Below, one piece after another: positions 32,215 through 40,712 of a DNA stretch of 64,000 bases. The translations under genes were made by a program, and so were the position numbers. Location: contig OY762975.1 in the NCBI GenBank assembly GCA_963667085.2, positions 655,578 to 719,577 of the forward strand. Reading direction: 5' to 3'. The notes under the pieces were generated by a model. The model was not told the origin of the DNA and made no database searches. It was given only the letters and a program-made list of their open reading frames with translations. The first letter of the stretch is position 1. Every line of letters starts with the position of its first letter. Origin of the DNA: Acidimicrobiales bacterium (lineage in GTDB: Bacteria > Actinomycetota > Acidimicrobiia > Acidimicrobiales > Bin134).

Positions 32215-33044
32215 TGGGCATCGACGTCTTCAAGCAGCTCGTTCCCGTTGGGGGCACCAAAAACCTGCGCGACCTCGGTGGCCTGCGAACCGCCGAGGGC
32301 CGCGTGGTTCGCAGCGGAGTCCTCTTCCGCTCCGACACCCTCCACGAGGCCGATAGCGACGACCTGGCCCGGCTCGGCTTGGCGTGCGTGGTCGATTTCC
32401 GCAGCGAGGCGGAGGTGGAGCGCCGTCCCGACCGACTCAATGGCCTCGCCGTGCGCTGGGTGAATCTGCCCATCGACAACCCCCGAAGCCCAACTGCCCT
32501 TTTCGGGGATAGGCAAGACCAACAGGATGTGTCCGAGCTCCGGGCGGAGATCATCCATCACTGGCTCAACCAGGACTTCGACGCGGTGCTCAAACTCATT
32601 GACGAGCTGGGCCTCGACATCCCAGCCGACCGGGTAGAGCGTTATGTGAGCTTTGCCGCCGATTTCGCTCCGGTGTTCGCTGGGTTCTTCGCCGAGTTGG
32701 TGGCGATTTCGGGCCAGCCCTTGCTCTTTCACTGTGAGGGGGGGAAGGATCGCACAGGAGCGGCCGCTGCCATGCTGCTCGGCGTTCTGGGCGTGGACCG
32801 CGACACAGTGGTTGCGGACTACCTGGCCACCAACACTGTGGTGGCCGACGAACTGGAAGAACAGCGTCGGCTGGCTCCCGAATCACTTTGGCCGATTATG
32901 GACGCCCACGAATCGCAGATAGAGGCGTTCCTAAACCACATCGACAACGAGCTCGGCGGCATGGACTCCTACGCCCGCTCGCACCTCAATCTCACCGGCG
33001 AGACAATCGCCCAGCTCAGATCGACTTATCTCCGCCCCGCATAG
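32214..33044 (+). CDS. MptpB-like atypical tyrosine/dual-specificity phosphatase (paralogue of 24551-25363)
   Basis: ATG 32214 overlaps the binding-protein stop (TGATG). KNLRDLGG motif, P-loop HCEGGKDRTG, no signal peptide. Confidence 0.85.
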   Translation: MGIDVFKQLVPVGGTKNLRDLGGLRTAEGRVVRSGVLFRSDTLHEADSDDLARLGLACVVDFRSEAEVERRPDRLNGLAVRWVNLPIDNPRSPTALFGDRQDQQDVSELRAEIIHHWLNQDFDAVLKLIDELGLDIPADRVERYVSFAADFAPVFAGFFAELVAISGQPLLFHCEGGKDRTGAAAAMLLGVLGVDRDTVVADYLATNTVVADELEEQRRLAPESLWPIMDAHESQIEAFLNHIDNELGGMDSYARSHLNLTGETIAQLRSTYLRPA

Positions 33045-33048
33045 CGGT

Positions 33049-34248
33049 TCAGTGCGTGGCCCGGCGGTGGCGGTGGGCGGTGAGTTGGGCGGTGAGCTCA
33101 TCGGGAGGCGTCTTGTTGGCCAGGGCCTCGAGCACCAGGTCTTGCTGTGACGGGGGCGTGAGACCGCCGATGGGCACGTCGCGGTCGAGGTTGGTGGGAA
33201 AGGCATAGCCCTCGGCGCTGGCCGCCACTACGCAGGCGATGACTGTGGGATCAAGTCCTTCTTCTTGGCGGCGCAACAGCACCGGGTAGATGGCGTTCAC
33301 GATGCGCTCTCGGTCTACGGCTTCGGTGGCCCGGCCCATGGCCGAGGAGATTTGCAGCAGGTTGGCCATCCGCCGCACGTCGGACGTTCGGTTGTGGCCC
33401 CCGGCGTGGAACACCGCGGGGCTGAAGAACACCAGGTCGCCCTTGTCCAGTTCGATCTGTACGTGGTGTTCGGCGAAGTACTCGATCAACTCGGAGCGCC
33501 GCCACGCCAGGTAGCCCAGCTCGTACTTGTGGGAGTGGGGTAACAGCATGGTGGCCCCCGTCTCCGGCGGCATGTGGCAGTGGGCTACTCCTCCCTGCAA
33601 GGTCAGCAGCGGCGACAGGCGATGGGCGTGGATCGGATAGCGCTCGGCCACCTCGTCGGTCATGAACCCCACGTGGTAGTCCCGGTGGGGCATCTGGGCC
33701 GCGCCGCCGGGATTGATGGCGTTCACTTGGGCGGTGATCTGGTAGCCGGGACCGAGCCAGGCCAGCGAGGCCAGGTCGATCATGTCGCTCCCGTGGTAGT
33801 CCACGAAGACCTCAGGGTCGGCCACGGCCAGCTTCTCCAGCGCATTCCACAACCGGTCGTTGGCACCGGGCTCGGCGTAGTGGTCTCCCCCACCGGTTCC
33901 GGCCTCGCGCTCGTCGGCGATGATCTGCTCGAACACCTCGGTGGCCCGATCCACCACCGAGTGTTCGATGGCCCCGATGATCACGATCACCCCCGGTCCG
34001 TCGTAAAGGGCTCGAGTCAGCTCGTTGCGAACGGCGGCGGCCTGGTCGAGATCGCGCAGACAACCCCGTAGCTCTTCGGAGCGGTACACCAGCGCCCGGT
34101 CCACCACCCGGTCAGCCAGCGGGTATTCCTCCAGAGCAACCTCAACCTCCACAACGGAGCGCAACTCGCCAAGATCGAACCCCTGCCTGCTCGTAACCGC
34201 AGCGTCCCCCGCGGTGACTCGGTTGGGGTCGAGCGGTGCGGTGGTCAT
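33049..34248 (-). CDS. phytanoyl-CoA dioxygenase (PhyH)-family Fe(II)/2-oxoglutarate oxygenase
   Basis: HxD facial-triad element (MPHRDYH), distal His (FHAGGHNRT), PhyH-like length and pattern. Confidence 0.65.
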   Translation of the reverse strand: MTTAPLDPNRVTAGDAAVTSRQGFDLGELRSVVEVEVALEEYPLADRVVDRALVYRSEELRGCLRDLDQAAAVRNELTRALYDGPGVIVIIGAIEHSVVDRATEVFEQIIADEREAGTGGGDHYAEPGANDRLWNALEKLAVADPEVFVDYHGSDMIDLASLAWLGPGYQITAQVNAINPGGAAQMPHRDYHVGFMTDEVAERYPIHAHRLSPLLTLQGGVAHCHMPPETGATMLLPHSHKYELGYLAWRRSELIEYFAEHHVQIELDKGDLVFFSPAVFHAGGHNRTSDVRRMANLLQISSAMGRATEAVDRERIVNAIYPVLLRRQEEGLDPTVIACVVAASAEGYAFPTNLDRDVPIGGLTPPSQQDLVLEALANKTPPDELTAQLTAHRHRRATH

Positions 34249-34263
34249 GCTGGATTCCCTCAG

Positions 34264-34338
34264 CGCGCTTGGAGGGACTCGAACCCCCGGCCTTCTGATC
34301 CGTAGTCAGACGCTCTAATCCAACTGAGCTACAAGCGC
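34264..34338 (-). tRNA. tRNA-Arg (anticodon ACG)
   Basis: The reverse complement folds as a cloverleaf: acceptor GCGCTTG/CAAGCGC, D-arm GCTCAGTTGGATTAGAGC, anticodon loop CTACGGA, T-arm GGGGGTTCGAGTCCCTC. No encoded CCA. Confidence 0.9.
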
Positions 34339-34376
34339 GGGCTGCACCAGTGTACTCAGCCCCTTGGACATGGTTG

Positions 34377-35195
34377 CTACTGGTTTGGCGCGATCTTGAT
34401 CGAGCGGGTCAGCATGATCCCGCCAACCAGGGCCACAATCGGGGCAGACCCAAAGGACTCGTACCCAAACACCGTCATGGCCAAGACGTTCGAGCCGGCG
34501 ATCACCACGATGGCGATGCCTGCGGTCTGGCAGATCGCCATCAGCCACTGCCGTCTGCCTTCTAACACCATGCGGGGAACGGTGAGAAGGTCAACGATGA
34601 GCACCAACGCGATTCCCCCCAGAATGAGCACGGGGATGCCGAACTTCAAGTCGGTGTCCACACCGCTGAGCGGGGCAACGCCGTAGTCGGCATTCGTCCA
34701 ATCAAGCCAGAACGAGGCCACTACTGCGAGCACAGCACCCAGTGCTCCCGCCCCGGGACGAATATCCAGAGTTGGCGCTTCTTCCTGCTCGTATGCGGAT
34801 ATCAGTGCCCCCAGCACGGCCACCGAACAGCCGGCCAAGCCAAGCCATGCGCCAAAGCCGAGCAATGGTGCGTCGGTCCCGACCAACAAGATGAAGATCA
34901 AGTTGATGGCGAAGGCGCCCAGCGACATGCCCAGGGAGGCGGCGACCGACTTGGCCCGCACCAGAAGCGACAACCCCACTAGGAAGACGGTGAGGCCGAC
35001 ACCAATCGTCGAACTACCGATGCCAGTTACGTTGGGGAAACTGTCAGAACCAATCTCGATCCAGCTGAACAGCGCCGACAAGACCATCGCTGCCCCGCCG
35101 ATCCCCACCAGCATGCGTCCGGTGGAAGGAATCTCAAGAGGCCCCAACATCCCCGAGCCGCCCCCGTCGGCGCCCTCCGGCTCGCCCTCAACCAT
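34377..35195 (-). CDS. hypothetical polytopic membrane protein
   Basis: About 7-8 hydrophobic segments, no recognised family. 8-nt overlap with the upstream gene. Confidence 0.5.
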   Translation of the reverse strand: MVEGEPEGADGGGSGMLGPLEIPSTGRMLVGIGGAAMVLSALFSWIEIGSDSFPNVTGIGSSTIGVGLTVFLVGLSLLVRAKSVAASLGMSLGAFAINLIFILLVGTDAPLLGFGAWLGLAGCSVAVLGALISAYEQEEAPTLDIRPGAGALGAVLAVVASFWLDWTNADYGVAPLSGVDTDLKFGIPVLILGGIALVLIVDLLTVPRMVLEGRRQWLMAICQTAGIAIVVIAGSNVLAMTVFGYESFGSAPIVALVGGIMLTRSIKIAPNQ

Positions 35196-36318
35196 GGCCT
35201 CGTCGGATTCTTCGCCGGTTGAGCTGGTTGAAGGGGACTACTCGGGCATCGGCGGTAGGCAGGGGAGCATCGGAGCGGAACCAGCGCAGGCTGACCGATC
35301 CAGAAGGATGGCCGGCGGTGTCCAGCCAGTTGGGCATGTCAGGGTCTTGGTGGGCCACCACCAGCCGCACGGTGCCGTCGTCGCGGCGCACCGCGGTGTC
35401 GCCGTTGATGACCGCGGTTCGGGTTCGCCAGTCCACCGTCTCCCCCCAGTAGGTGAGCAGCACCCATCCCCAATAGTCGGCCCCGCCCGACGGGTCGAAA
35501 TCCACAACCAGCGCCTCGTCGGGGCCGAGCTCCCAGTCGCCGAAGAGGTAACGCACGTTGTCGGGGGTGAGCAAGTCGCCATCGTCGGGCATTGGTTGAA
35601 TGGTGTTGACGAGCTCTTCGATCGGCGGCGGCTTCCTCTGCTGCACCCACCAGCCGAACGAACCGGTGGTAAAGAGCACGGCCTGCTCCAGTCCTCGGCG
35701 CAGCTGATCAAGAGTGAGCGCAGGGGCAGGCCCCGCCGACGGGATGGCCTCGATGGAGGGCCGGGGATGGGCCAACCTCACGTCCCGATCGGTGAAATAG
35801 GTGCGAATGATGACGGTGCTGGCGTCGGGCTCAAGGCGCAGCTGATTGGGGTTGTCGGGTTGGGGGTCGGGGGTGAGCAGCAGCTCATAGGCGCCGTTCG
35901 GGTCCACCCGCAGCGTGGTGTCCTCCACCGCGTCGACCAGCCGGCGGCCGCCGTCGCTCCGGTAGTCCCCGGCGTACACCCCTACCTCCACCGCCACCGC
36001 CCCGGCCATCGTGGCGTTGATCCGGTACGACCGGTCGCCGCCGATAAAGGCGGAGAAATACGACTGGTCGGGGTTGTCTCCCATGTATTTGCGGATGGTG
36101 GTCTGGTACTCCACGAAGTCTGGTCGCTCCGGATCAGCTCGCTCCACAAAAGTCTCCAGCGCAAGAGTCGCGTAGCGGCTCAGAGCGCGGATTCCCTCAG
36201 CCCGCAGATCGGGATCATCCGGCGTCCCCGAGGCCAGCACCAACTCCCCGGCATCGGCCATGGCCTGGCAGTACGCCCGCCAGACCTCTACTGAAGGATC
36301 CACGGGTCTAGTACACAC
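35188..36318 (-). CDS. hypothetical protein, DUF1214-like
   Basis: 376 aa. The C-terminal PNWLDTAGHPSGSVSLRWF resembles the DUF1214 NWLP...L.LR.Y element (from memory). 11-nt overlap with the sterol-reductase-family gene. Confidence 0.45.
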   Translation of the reverse strand: MCTRPVDPSVEVWRAYCQAMADAGELVLASGTPDDPDLRAEGIRALSRYATLALETFVERADPERPDFVEYQTTIRKYMGDNPDQSYFSAFIGGDRSYRINATMAGAVAVEVGVYAGDYRSDGGRRLVDAVEDTTLRVDPNGAYELLLTPDPQPDNPNQLRLEPDASTVIIRTYFTDRDVRLAHPRPSIEAIPSAGPAPALTLDQLRRGLEQAVLFTTGSFGWWVQQRKPPPIEELVNTIQPMPDDGDLLTPDNVRYLFGDWELGPDEALVVDFDPSGGADYWGWVLLTYWGETVDWRTRTAVINGDTAVRRDDGTVRLVVAHQDPDMPNWLDTAGHPSGSVSLRWFRSDAPLPTADARVVPFNQLNRRRIRRGHG

Positions 36319-37447
36319 CGGGGAAGATGCGGTAGGGCACCTTCTCCTGGTACTCGGCCCACTTCTCGGGGCCGTACTTGATGGCGCAGTCCCTGTCGTC
36401 GAAGCGCTGGCGGATGGTGAAGAACGGGATTATGAAGAGGGCGTAGGTCCACGCCCAGAGCACCCCGAAGTGGCCGAACGACAAGGCGACCCCCACGCAG
36501 AGGAAGCCCTCGCCCAGGTAGTTGAAGTGGCGAGCAGCACCCCAGTAGCCGCTGATCAGGATCTTGCGATCGCCAGCCTGGATGTGCGTGGGCTCAATGA
36601 GACCGAGGAAGTGGCGATCCGGGAATCGCTTGAACATGTACTTCTGCAAGTTGGCGCCCCGCGAGATGCTCCATCCGATGACGAACAGCGCCGCCGCTAC
36701 CACGAGCCAGAAGTTCCTCCACGCGTACGACATATCGGGGTTTGGGTAAGCGGCCATGCCGTACAGCGGGATGATGAACAGCCACCCGTAGACCACCAGG
36801 CCGCCCCACCACAGCTTGAAGCCGAGATGCTCGTGGATCAGGTCGTAGGTGTAGAGCTGGACCCGCTCGAAGACGAAGTAGTCGAACACATAGAACGTCA
36901 TGAACGCCGCGTACATGTAGACGCCGGGGTTGGCGGCACCTCCAAACTTCTCGCTGTGCCACACGGCGCCTGACAATGCGTTGAGCGACAGCATCGTGCC
37001 GCCGACCACGTAGAACCACATCTTGATGTCGATGCGCTCGCCGAAGAACTGGAGCTCTTTGGCCCGGCCCTCCCAGAGCGCTAGCCAGGGATTCTGGATC
37101 TCGCCCTTGGGCTGGCTGAACACTGACCAGATGGCGAAGATCGCGGTGAAGACCGTTCCCCCGATCACGGCCCAGAGCGTGGACCGGTAGAACCAGTCAC
37201 GGTCCAGTCCGGTGACCTCGGTGGCCCACAGGACTTGGGCGATGACGAACACCAGCAGGCCGTTGAGCCGGTAGGGGCGGGGCTGGCCGGTCTTGGGATT
37301 GACGACGTACCCGGTCACGCTCCGGGCTGGGAGTATCAGCTGGGCGATGAAGAAGGCCGCGAAGATGATCAGCGGGGTGAAGAAGGCCCAAACCTTCTCC
37401 GACCCGGAGAGCTCAAAAAAGTGTTCAATGCCAAGTGCGTCACCCAT
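36308..37447 (-). CDS. ERG4/ERG24 sterol-reductase-family membrane oxidoreductase
   Basis: Polytopic. The C-terminus ARHFNYLGEGF...IRQRFDDRDCAIKYGPEKWAEYQEKVPYRIFPGVY matches the ERG4/ERG24 signature (R-D-x3-C-x2-K-Y-G-x2-W-x2-Y ... VPYR[IL]xPG[IV][YF] at the extreme C-terminus). Confidence 0.8.
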   Translation of the reverse strand: MGDALGIEHFFELSGSEKVWAFFTPLIIFAAFFIAQLILPARSVTGYVVNPKTGQPRPYRLNGLLVFVIAQVLWATEVTGLDRDWFYRSTLWAVIGGTVFTAIFAIWSVFSQPKGEIQNPWLALWEGRAKELQFFGERIDIKMWFYVVGGTMLSLNALSGAVWHSEKFGGAANPGVYMYAAFMTFYVFDYFVFERVQLYTYDLIHEHLGFKLWWGGLVVYGWLFIIPLYGMAAYPNPDMSYAWRNFWLVVAAALFVIGWSISRGANLQKYMFKRFPDRHFLGLIEPTHIQAGDRKILISGYWGAARHFNYLGEGFLCVGVALSFGHFGVLWAWTYALFIIPFFTIRQRFDDRDCAIKYGPEKWAEYQEKVPYRIFPGVY

Positions 37448-37509
37448 AGACCGGATACTACTTCCGCAAGGAGACAGTCATCCGCGATGCTTAGTCCATC
37501 GAAGATCGA

Positions 37510-39132
37510 ATGGCCGAGCCTAACTTCGACATCGTCATCATCGGCGCCGGCGCCGCCGGGCTGTACGCCCTCCACCGGGTCCGCGGGCTCGGGCTGTCGG
37601 CCAAGGTCTACGAGAAGGGCGACGGGGTGGGCGGCACCTGGCACTGGAACCGCTACCCCGGCGCACGGTGCGACGTGGAGAGCTGGGACTACTGCTACAC
37701 GTTCTCCGAAGAGCTCGAACAGGAGTGGGAGTGGACCGAGCGGTTTCCCACCCAGCCGGAGCTGGAGCGCTACTTCAACCATGTCGCCGACCGCTTTGAC
37801 CTGCGGCGCGACATCGATTTCGAGACCCGGGTGGATCAGGCCCGCTTCGACGAGGACCAGAACTGCTGGCTGATCAGTACATCGAACGGCGAGACAGTCT
37901 CGGCCCGATTTCTCATTTCGGCTGCGGGCTGCCTGTCGGAGGTGAACACCCCCCGGTTCGAGGGCGCCGAGACGTTCGAGGGCCGACAGATCCACACCGC
38001 CCGCTGGCCCAAGGGCGGCATCGACGTCACCGGCCTGCGGGTCGGCGTGATCGGCACTGGGTCAACGGCCGTGCAGACCATCCCGCAGTTGGCCAAACAG
38101 GCCGATCACTTGTTCGTCTTTCAGCGCACCCCGCAGTTCGCCATCCCGGCCCGAAATCGGCCAATCGACGCCGACCAGCTTGAGGAGCTAAAGCACAACT
38201 ACCGTGAGCGGTGGGAGCTCAAGCGATCCAACCCGGTCGGCATGGGGCGTCGGCCTCCCGAAGTCTCGTCGGCTCTCGAAGTCGACGAGGCAACCCGCAC
38301 CAGGATCATGGAGGACTCATGGGCGCTGGGCGGCCCGGGCTTTGCCCGAACCTTCGACGACGTGATGACCAACGCCGAGTCGAATCAGATCACGTCCCAG
38401 TTCGTCTTGGACAAGATCAAAGAGAAAGTCACCGATCCGGCGGTGGCCGAGAGCCTTCTGGCCATCGATCACCCCCTCGGCGCCCGCCGGCTCATTGTCG
38501 AGATCGACTACTTCGAAACCTACAACCGGGAGAACGTGACGCTGGTGGACGTGGCGGCCAACCCCATCACCGAGATCACCGCTCAAGGGCTGCGAACCAC
38601 CGATGGCTCCTACGACCTCGACCTGATCGTCTACGCCACCGGCTTCGACGGCATGACCGGTGCCTTGCTGGCCATGGACATCCGAGGAGTCGGCGGACTA
38701 CCGCTCCAGGCCAAATGGGCCGATGGGGCCGGCGCTTATCTCGGCCTGGTGGCGTCGGGATTCCCCAATTTCTTCATGATCACGGGCCCCGGCAGCCCGG
38801 CGGTGTTCAGCAACGTGATCTTCTCCATCGAACAACACGTCGACTGGATCGCCGACTGCCTCGCCCACATGCTCGACCACGATCACGACCGCATCGACGC
38901 CGACCCCGAGGCCGAGGCCGAATGGACCCGACAAGTCCACAACATCGCCGCCCAGAGCATCGTCGGCAAGACCGACTCCTGGTGGACCGGCGCCAACATC
39001 GATGGCAAGCCCCAAGGCGTCACCTTCTACCTCGGCGGTACCCACACCTACCGCGAGATCTGCGACGACATCGCCACCAACGGATACGAAGGATTCGTCT
39101 TCCGGACGGCCCACAGCCCCGCAAGCGTCTAG
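37510..39132 (+). CDS. Baeyer-Villiger (type I flavin, NADPH-dependent) monooxygenase
   Basis: FAD motif IIGAGAAG, GGTWHWNRYPGARCD, BVMO fingerprint FEGRQIHTARWP, and a second Rossmann motif VIGTGSTAVQ. Confidence 0.9.
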   Translation: MAEPNFDIVIIGAGAAGLYALHRVRGLGLSAKVYEKGDGVGGTWHWNRYPGARCDVESWDYCYTFSEELEQEWEWTERFPTQPELERYFNHVADRFDLRRDIDFETRVDQARFDEDQNCWLISTSNGETVSARFLISAAGCLSEVNTPRFEGAETFEGRQIHTARWPKGGIDVTGLRVGVIGTGSTAVQTIPQLAKQADHLFVFQRTPQFAIPARNRPIDADQLEELKHNYRERWELKRSNPVGMGRRPPEVSSALEVDEATRTRIMEDSWALGGPGFARTFDDVMTNAESNQITSQFVLDKIKEKVTDPAVAESLLAIDHPLGARRLIVEIDYFETYNRENVTLVDVAANPITEITAQGLRTTDGSYDLDLIVYATGFDGMTGALLAMDIRGVGGLPLQAKWADGAGAYLGLVASGFPNFFMITGPGSPAVFSNVIFSIEQHVDWIADCLAHMLDHDHDRIDADPEAEAEWTRQVHNIAAQSIVGKTDSWWTGANIDGKPQGVTFYLGGTHTYREICDDIATNGYEGFVFRTAHSPASV

Positions 39133-39194
39133 TTGTACCCCTAATAGCGGATCAGGATTCAGTGGCCTCTAGAAGGGCGTGGGAGGATCGGGGA

Positions 39195-40019
39195 GTGGGG
39201 AGCTTGTTTAGGGTTGGGGAGTTGGCTACTGAGATCATCGAAGGGCCGGCTGGTCCTATCGAGGTGAAGATCGCCGGGGAGGGTCATGCGGCGGTGTTGA
39301 TCCCGTCGCTGGGCCGCGGGGCTGACGACTTCGACGATCTGTCGGTGCGCCTGGCCGACCACGGCTACATGGCCGTGGGCCCCGAGCCCCGGGGCATCGG
39401 GGCCAGCACCGGGCCGCTCGACGATCTCACAATGTTCGATCTGGCCGCCGACACCGCCGCCGTCATCGAAGCTCTGGGCATCGCCCCGGCTTCGCTGGTG
39501 GGCCACGCGTTCGGCAACCGAGTGGCCCGGATGACCGCCACCGAACATCCAGAGCTGGTGGAAAGCGTGGTGCTTTTGGCCTGCGGGGGCCTCGTGCCGG
39601 CGGCACCGGAGCACATCGAAGCCCTCAGCACGATCTTCCTCACCGACGCTTCCGAAACTGAGCACCGTGCCGCGGTGGCTAAGGCGTTCTTCGCCCCCGG
39701 CAATGACGCCTCGGTTTGGTTCGACGGGTGGCACATCGCCGTCTCTCGGGCCCAGAGTCGGGCGACGACCGCACTCGACCCCCAGTACTGGTGGCAGGCT
39801 GGCCGGGCCGACGTGCTCGTCGTGCAGCCCGAAGACGATGTGGTCGCCCTGCCCGCCAACGCCCAGGCCACCGCCGAACAGATCGGCGACCGCGCCACCG
39901 TCGTCACCATCCCCCGCGCCGGCCACGCCCTGTTGCCCGAACAGCCCGAAGCCGTCGCCGCCGTCGTGCTGGAGTGGCTCAGCGACCGGGGTCTGGGCGG
40001 GGCGCAAACTTCGGCGTAG
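39195..40019 (+). CDS. alpha/beta-hydrolase-fold protein with Ala at the nucleophile position
   Basis: GGAGGA sits 6 nt before GTG 39195. The nucleophile elbow reads LVGHAFGN where G-x-S-x-G is expected (codon GCG). This is only the in-frame tail of track ORF 38211-40019. Confidence 0.75.
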   Translation: MGSLFRVGELATEIIEGPAGPIEVKIAGEGHAAVLIPSLGRGADDFDDLSVRLADHGYMAVGPEPRGIGASTGPLDDLTMFDLAADTAAVIEALGIAPASLVGHAFGNRVARMTATEHPELVESVVLLACGGLVPAAPEHIEALSTIFLTDASETEHRAAVAKAFFAPGNDASVWFDGWHIAVSRAQSRATTALDPQYWWQAGRADVLVVQPEDDVVALPANAQATAEQIGDRATVVTIPRAGHALLPEQPEAVAAVVLEWLSDRGLGGAQTSA

Positions 40020-40069
40020 TCATCGTGGGGGCGACCCACTATCGCGGGAGCGGCTGACCACACTCTGAA

Positions 40070-40159
40070 TGGCGGAAGGTATGGGATTCGAACCCATGGT
40101 GACCCGGAGGCCACAACGGCTTTCGAGGCCGCCCCATTCGTCCGCTCTGGCAACCTTCC
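40070..40159 (-). tRNA. tRNA-Ser (anticodon CGA)
   Basis: Reverse complement GGAAGGTTGCCAGAGCGGACGAATGG...CTCGAAA...long variable arm...GGGTTCGAATCCCATACCTTCCGCCA. Type II tRNA with encoded CCA. Confidence 0.9.
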
Positions 40160-40213
40160 GTCCATCAGGGTAGCGGGCCGCTTGAGCGGCCTCCCAGCCC
40201 ATAACCTGACCTT

Positions 40214-40678
40214 GTGACCGAACCGGCGGCGCTCGACGATCGCCAGCTCATGGAGCTGGCCTTGGCCGAGGCCCGCCGGGCGGTTGATCGGGGCGAGGTG
40301 CCCATCGGCGCGGTGGTGGCCATCGACGGGGAGGTGGTGGCGGCCCGCCACAACGAACGGGAGGGCACCAATGATCCCACCGCCCACGCTGAGATTTTGG
40401 CCTTGCGGGACGCGGCCGCGGCGCTGGGCACGTCCCGGCTCGACGGGGCGGTGCTGGTGACCACCCTGGAACCGTGTCCGATGTGCGCGGGGGCGGCGGT
40501 TATGGCTCGGGTGGGCCGGGTGGTGTTCGCCGCCGAGGATCCCAAGGCCGGGGCGTGCGGCACGCTCTACAACCTGGGGGCCGACCCCCGGCTCAACCAC
40601 AACTTCGAGGTGGTGGCCGGTGTGGGCCGAGACGAGTCGGCCGCCCTGCTCCGGAAGTTCTTCACCACCCGCCGCTGA
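40214..40678 (+). CDS. tadA: tRNA adenosine(34) deaminase
   Basis: CDA zinc motifs TAHAEILALR and LEPCPMCAGA. GTG start. Confidence 0.9.
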   Translation: MTEPAALDDRQLMELALAEARRAVDRGEVPIGAVVAIDGEVVAARHNEREGTNDPTAHAEILALRDAAAALGTSRLDGAVLVTTLEPCPMCAGAAVMARVGRVVFAAEDPKAGACGTLYNLGADPRLNHNFEVVAGVGRDESAALLRKFFTTRR

Positions 40679-40712
40679 ATCAGTGGCTTTTCTTGCCGCG
40701 GGCGCTCCTTCG

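Noticed and set aside
38211-40019. A 602-aa ORF spanning the 3' half of the BVMO gene and the next gene.
   Set aside because: The first roughly 328 codons are an off-frame read through the BVMO CDS and give an Arg/Pro/Gly-rich nonsense composition. Only the part from GTG 39195, preceded by GGAGGA, has an alpha/beta-hydrolase sequence.
34264-40159. A prophage or integrative element at the tRNA genes.
   Set aside because: There is no integrase, recombinase, phage gene or duplicated tRNA 3' segment, and composition looks like the flanks. I retained it only as a low-interest note on an ancient islet.
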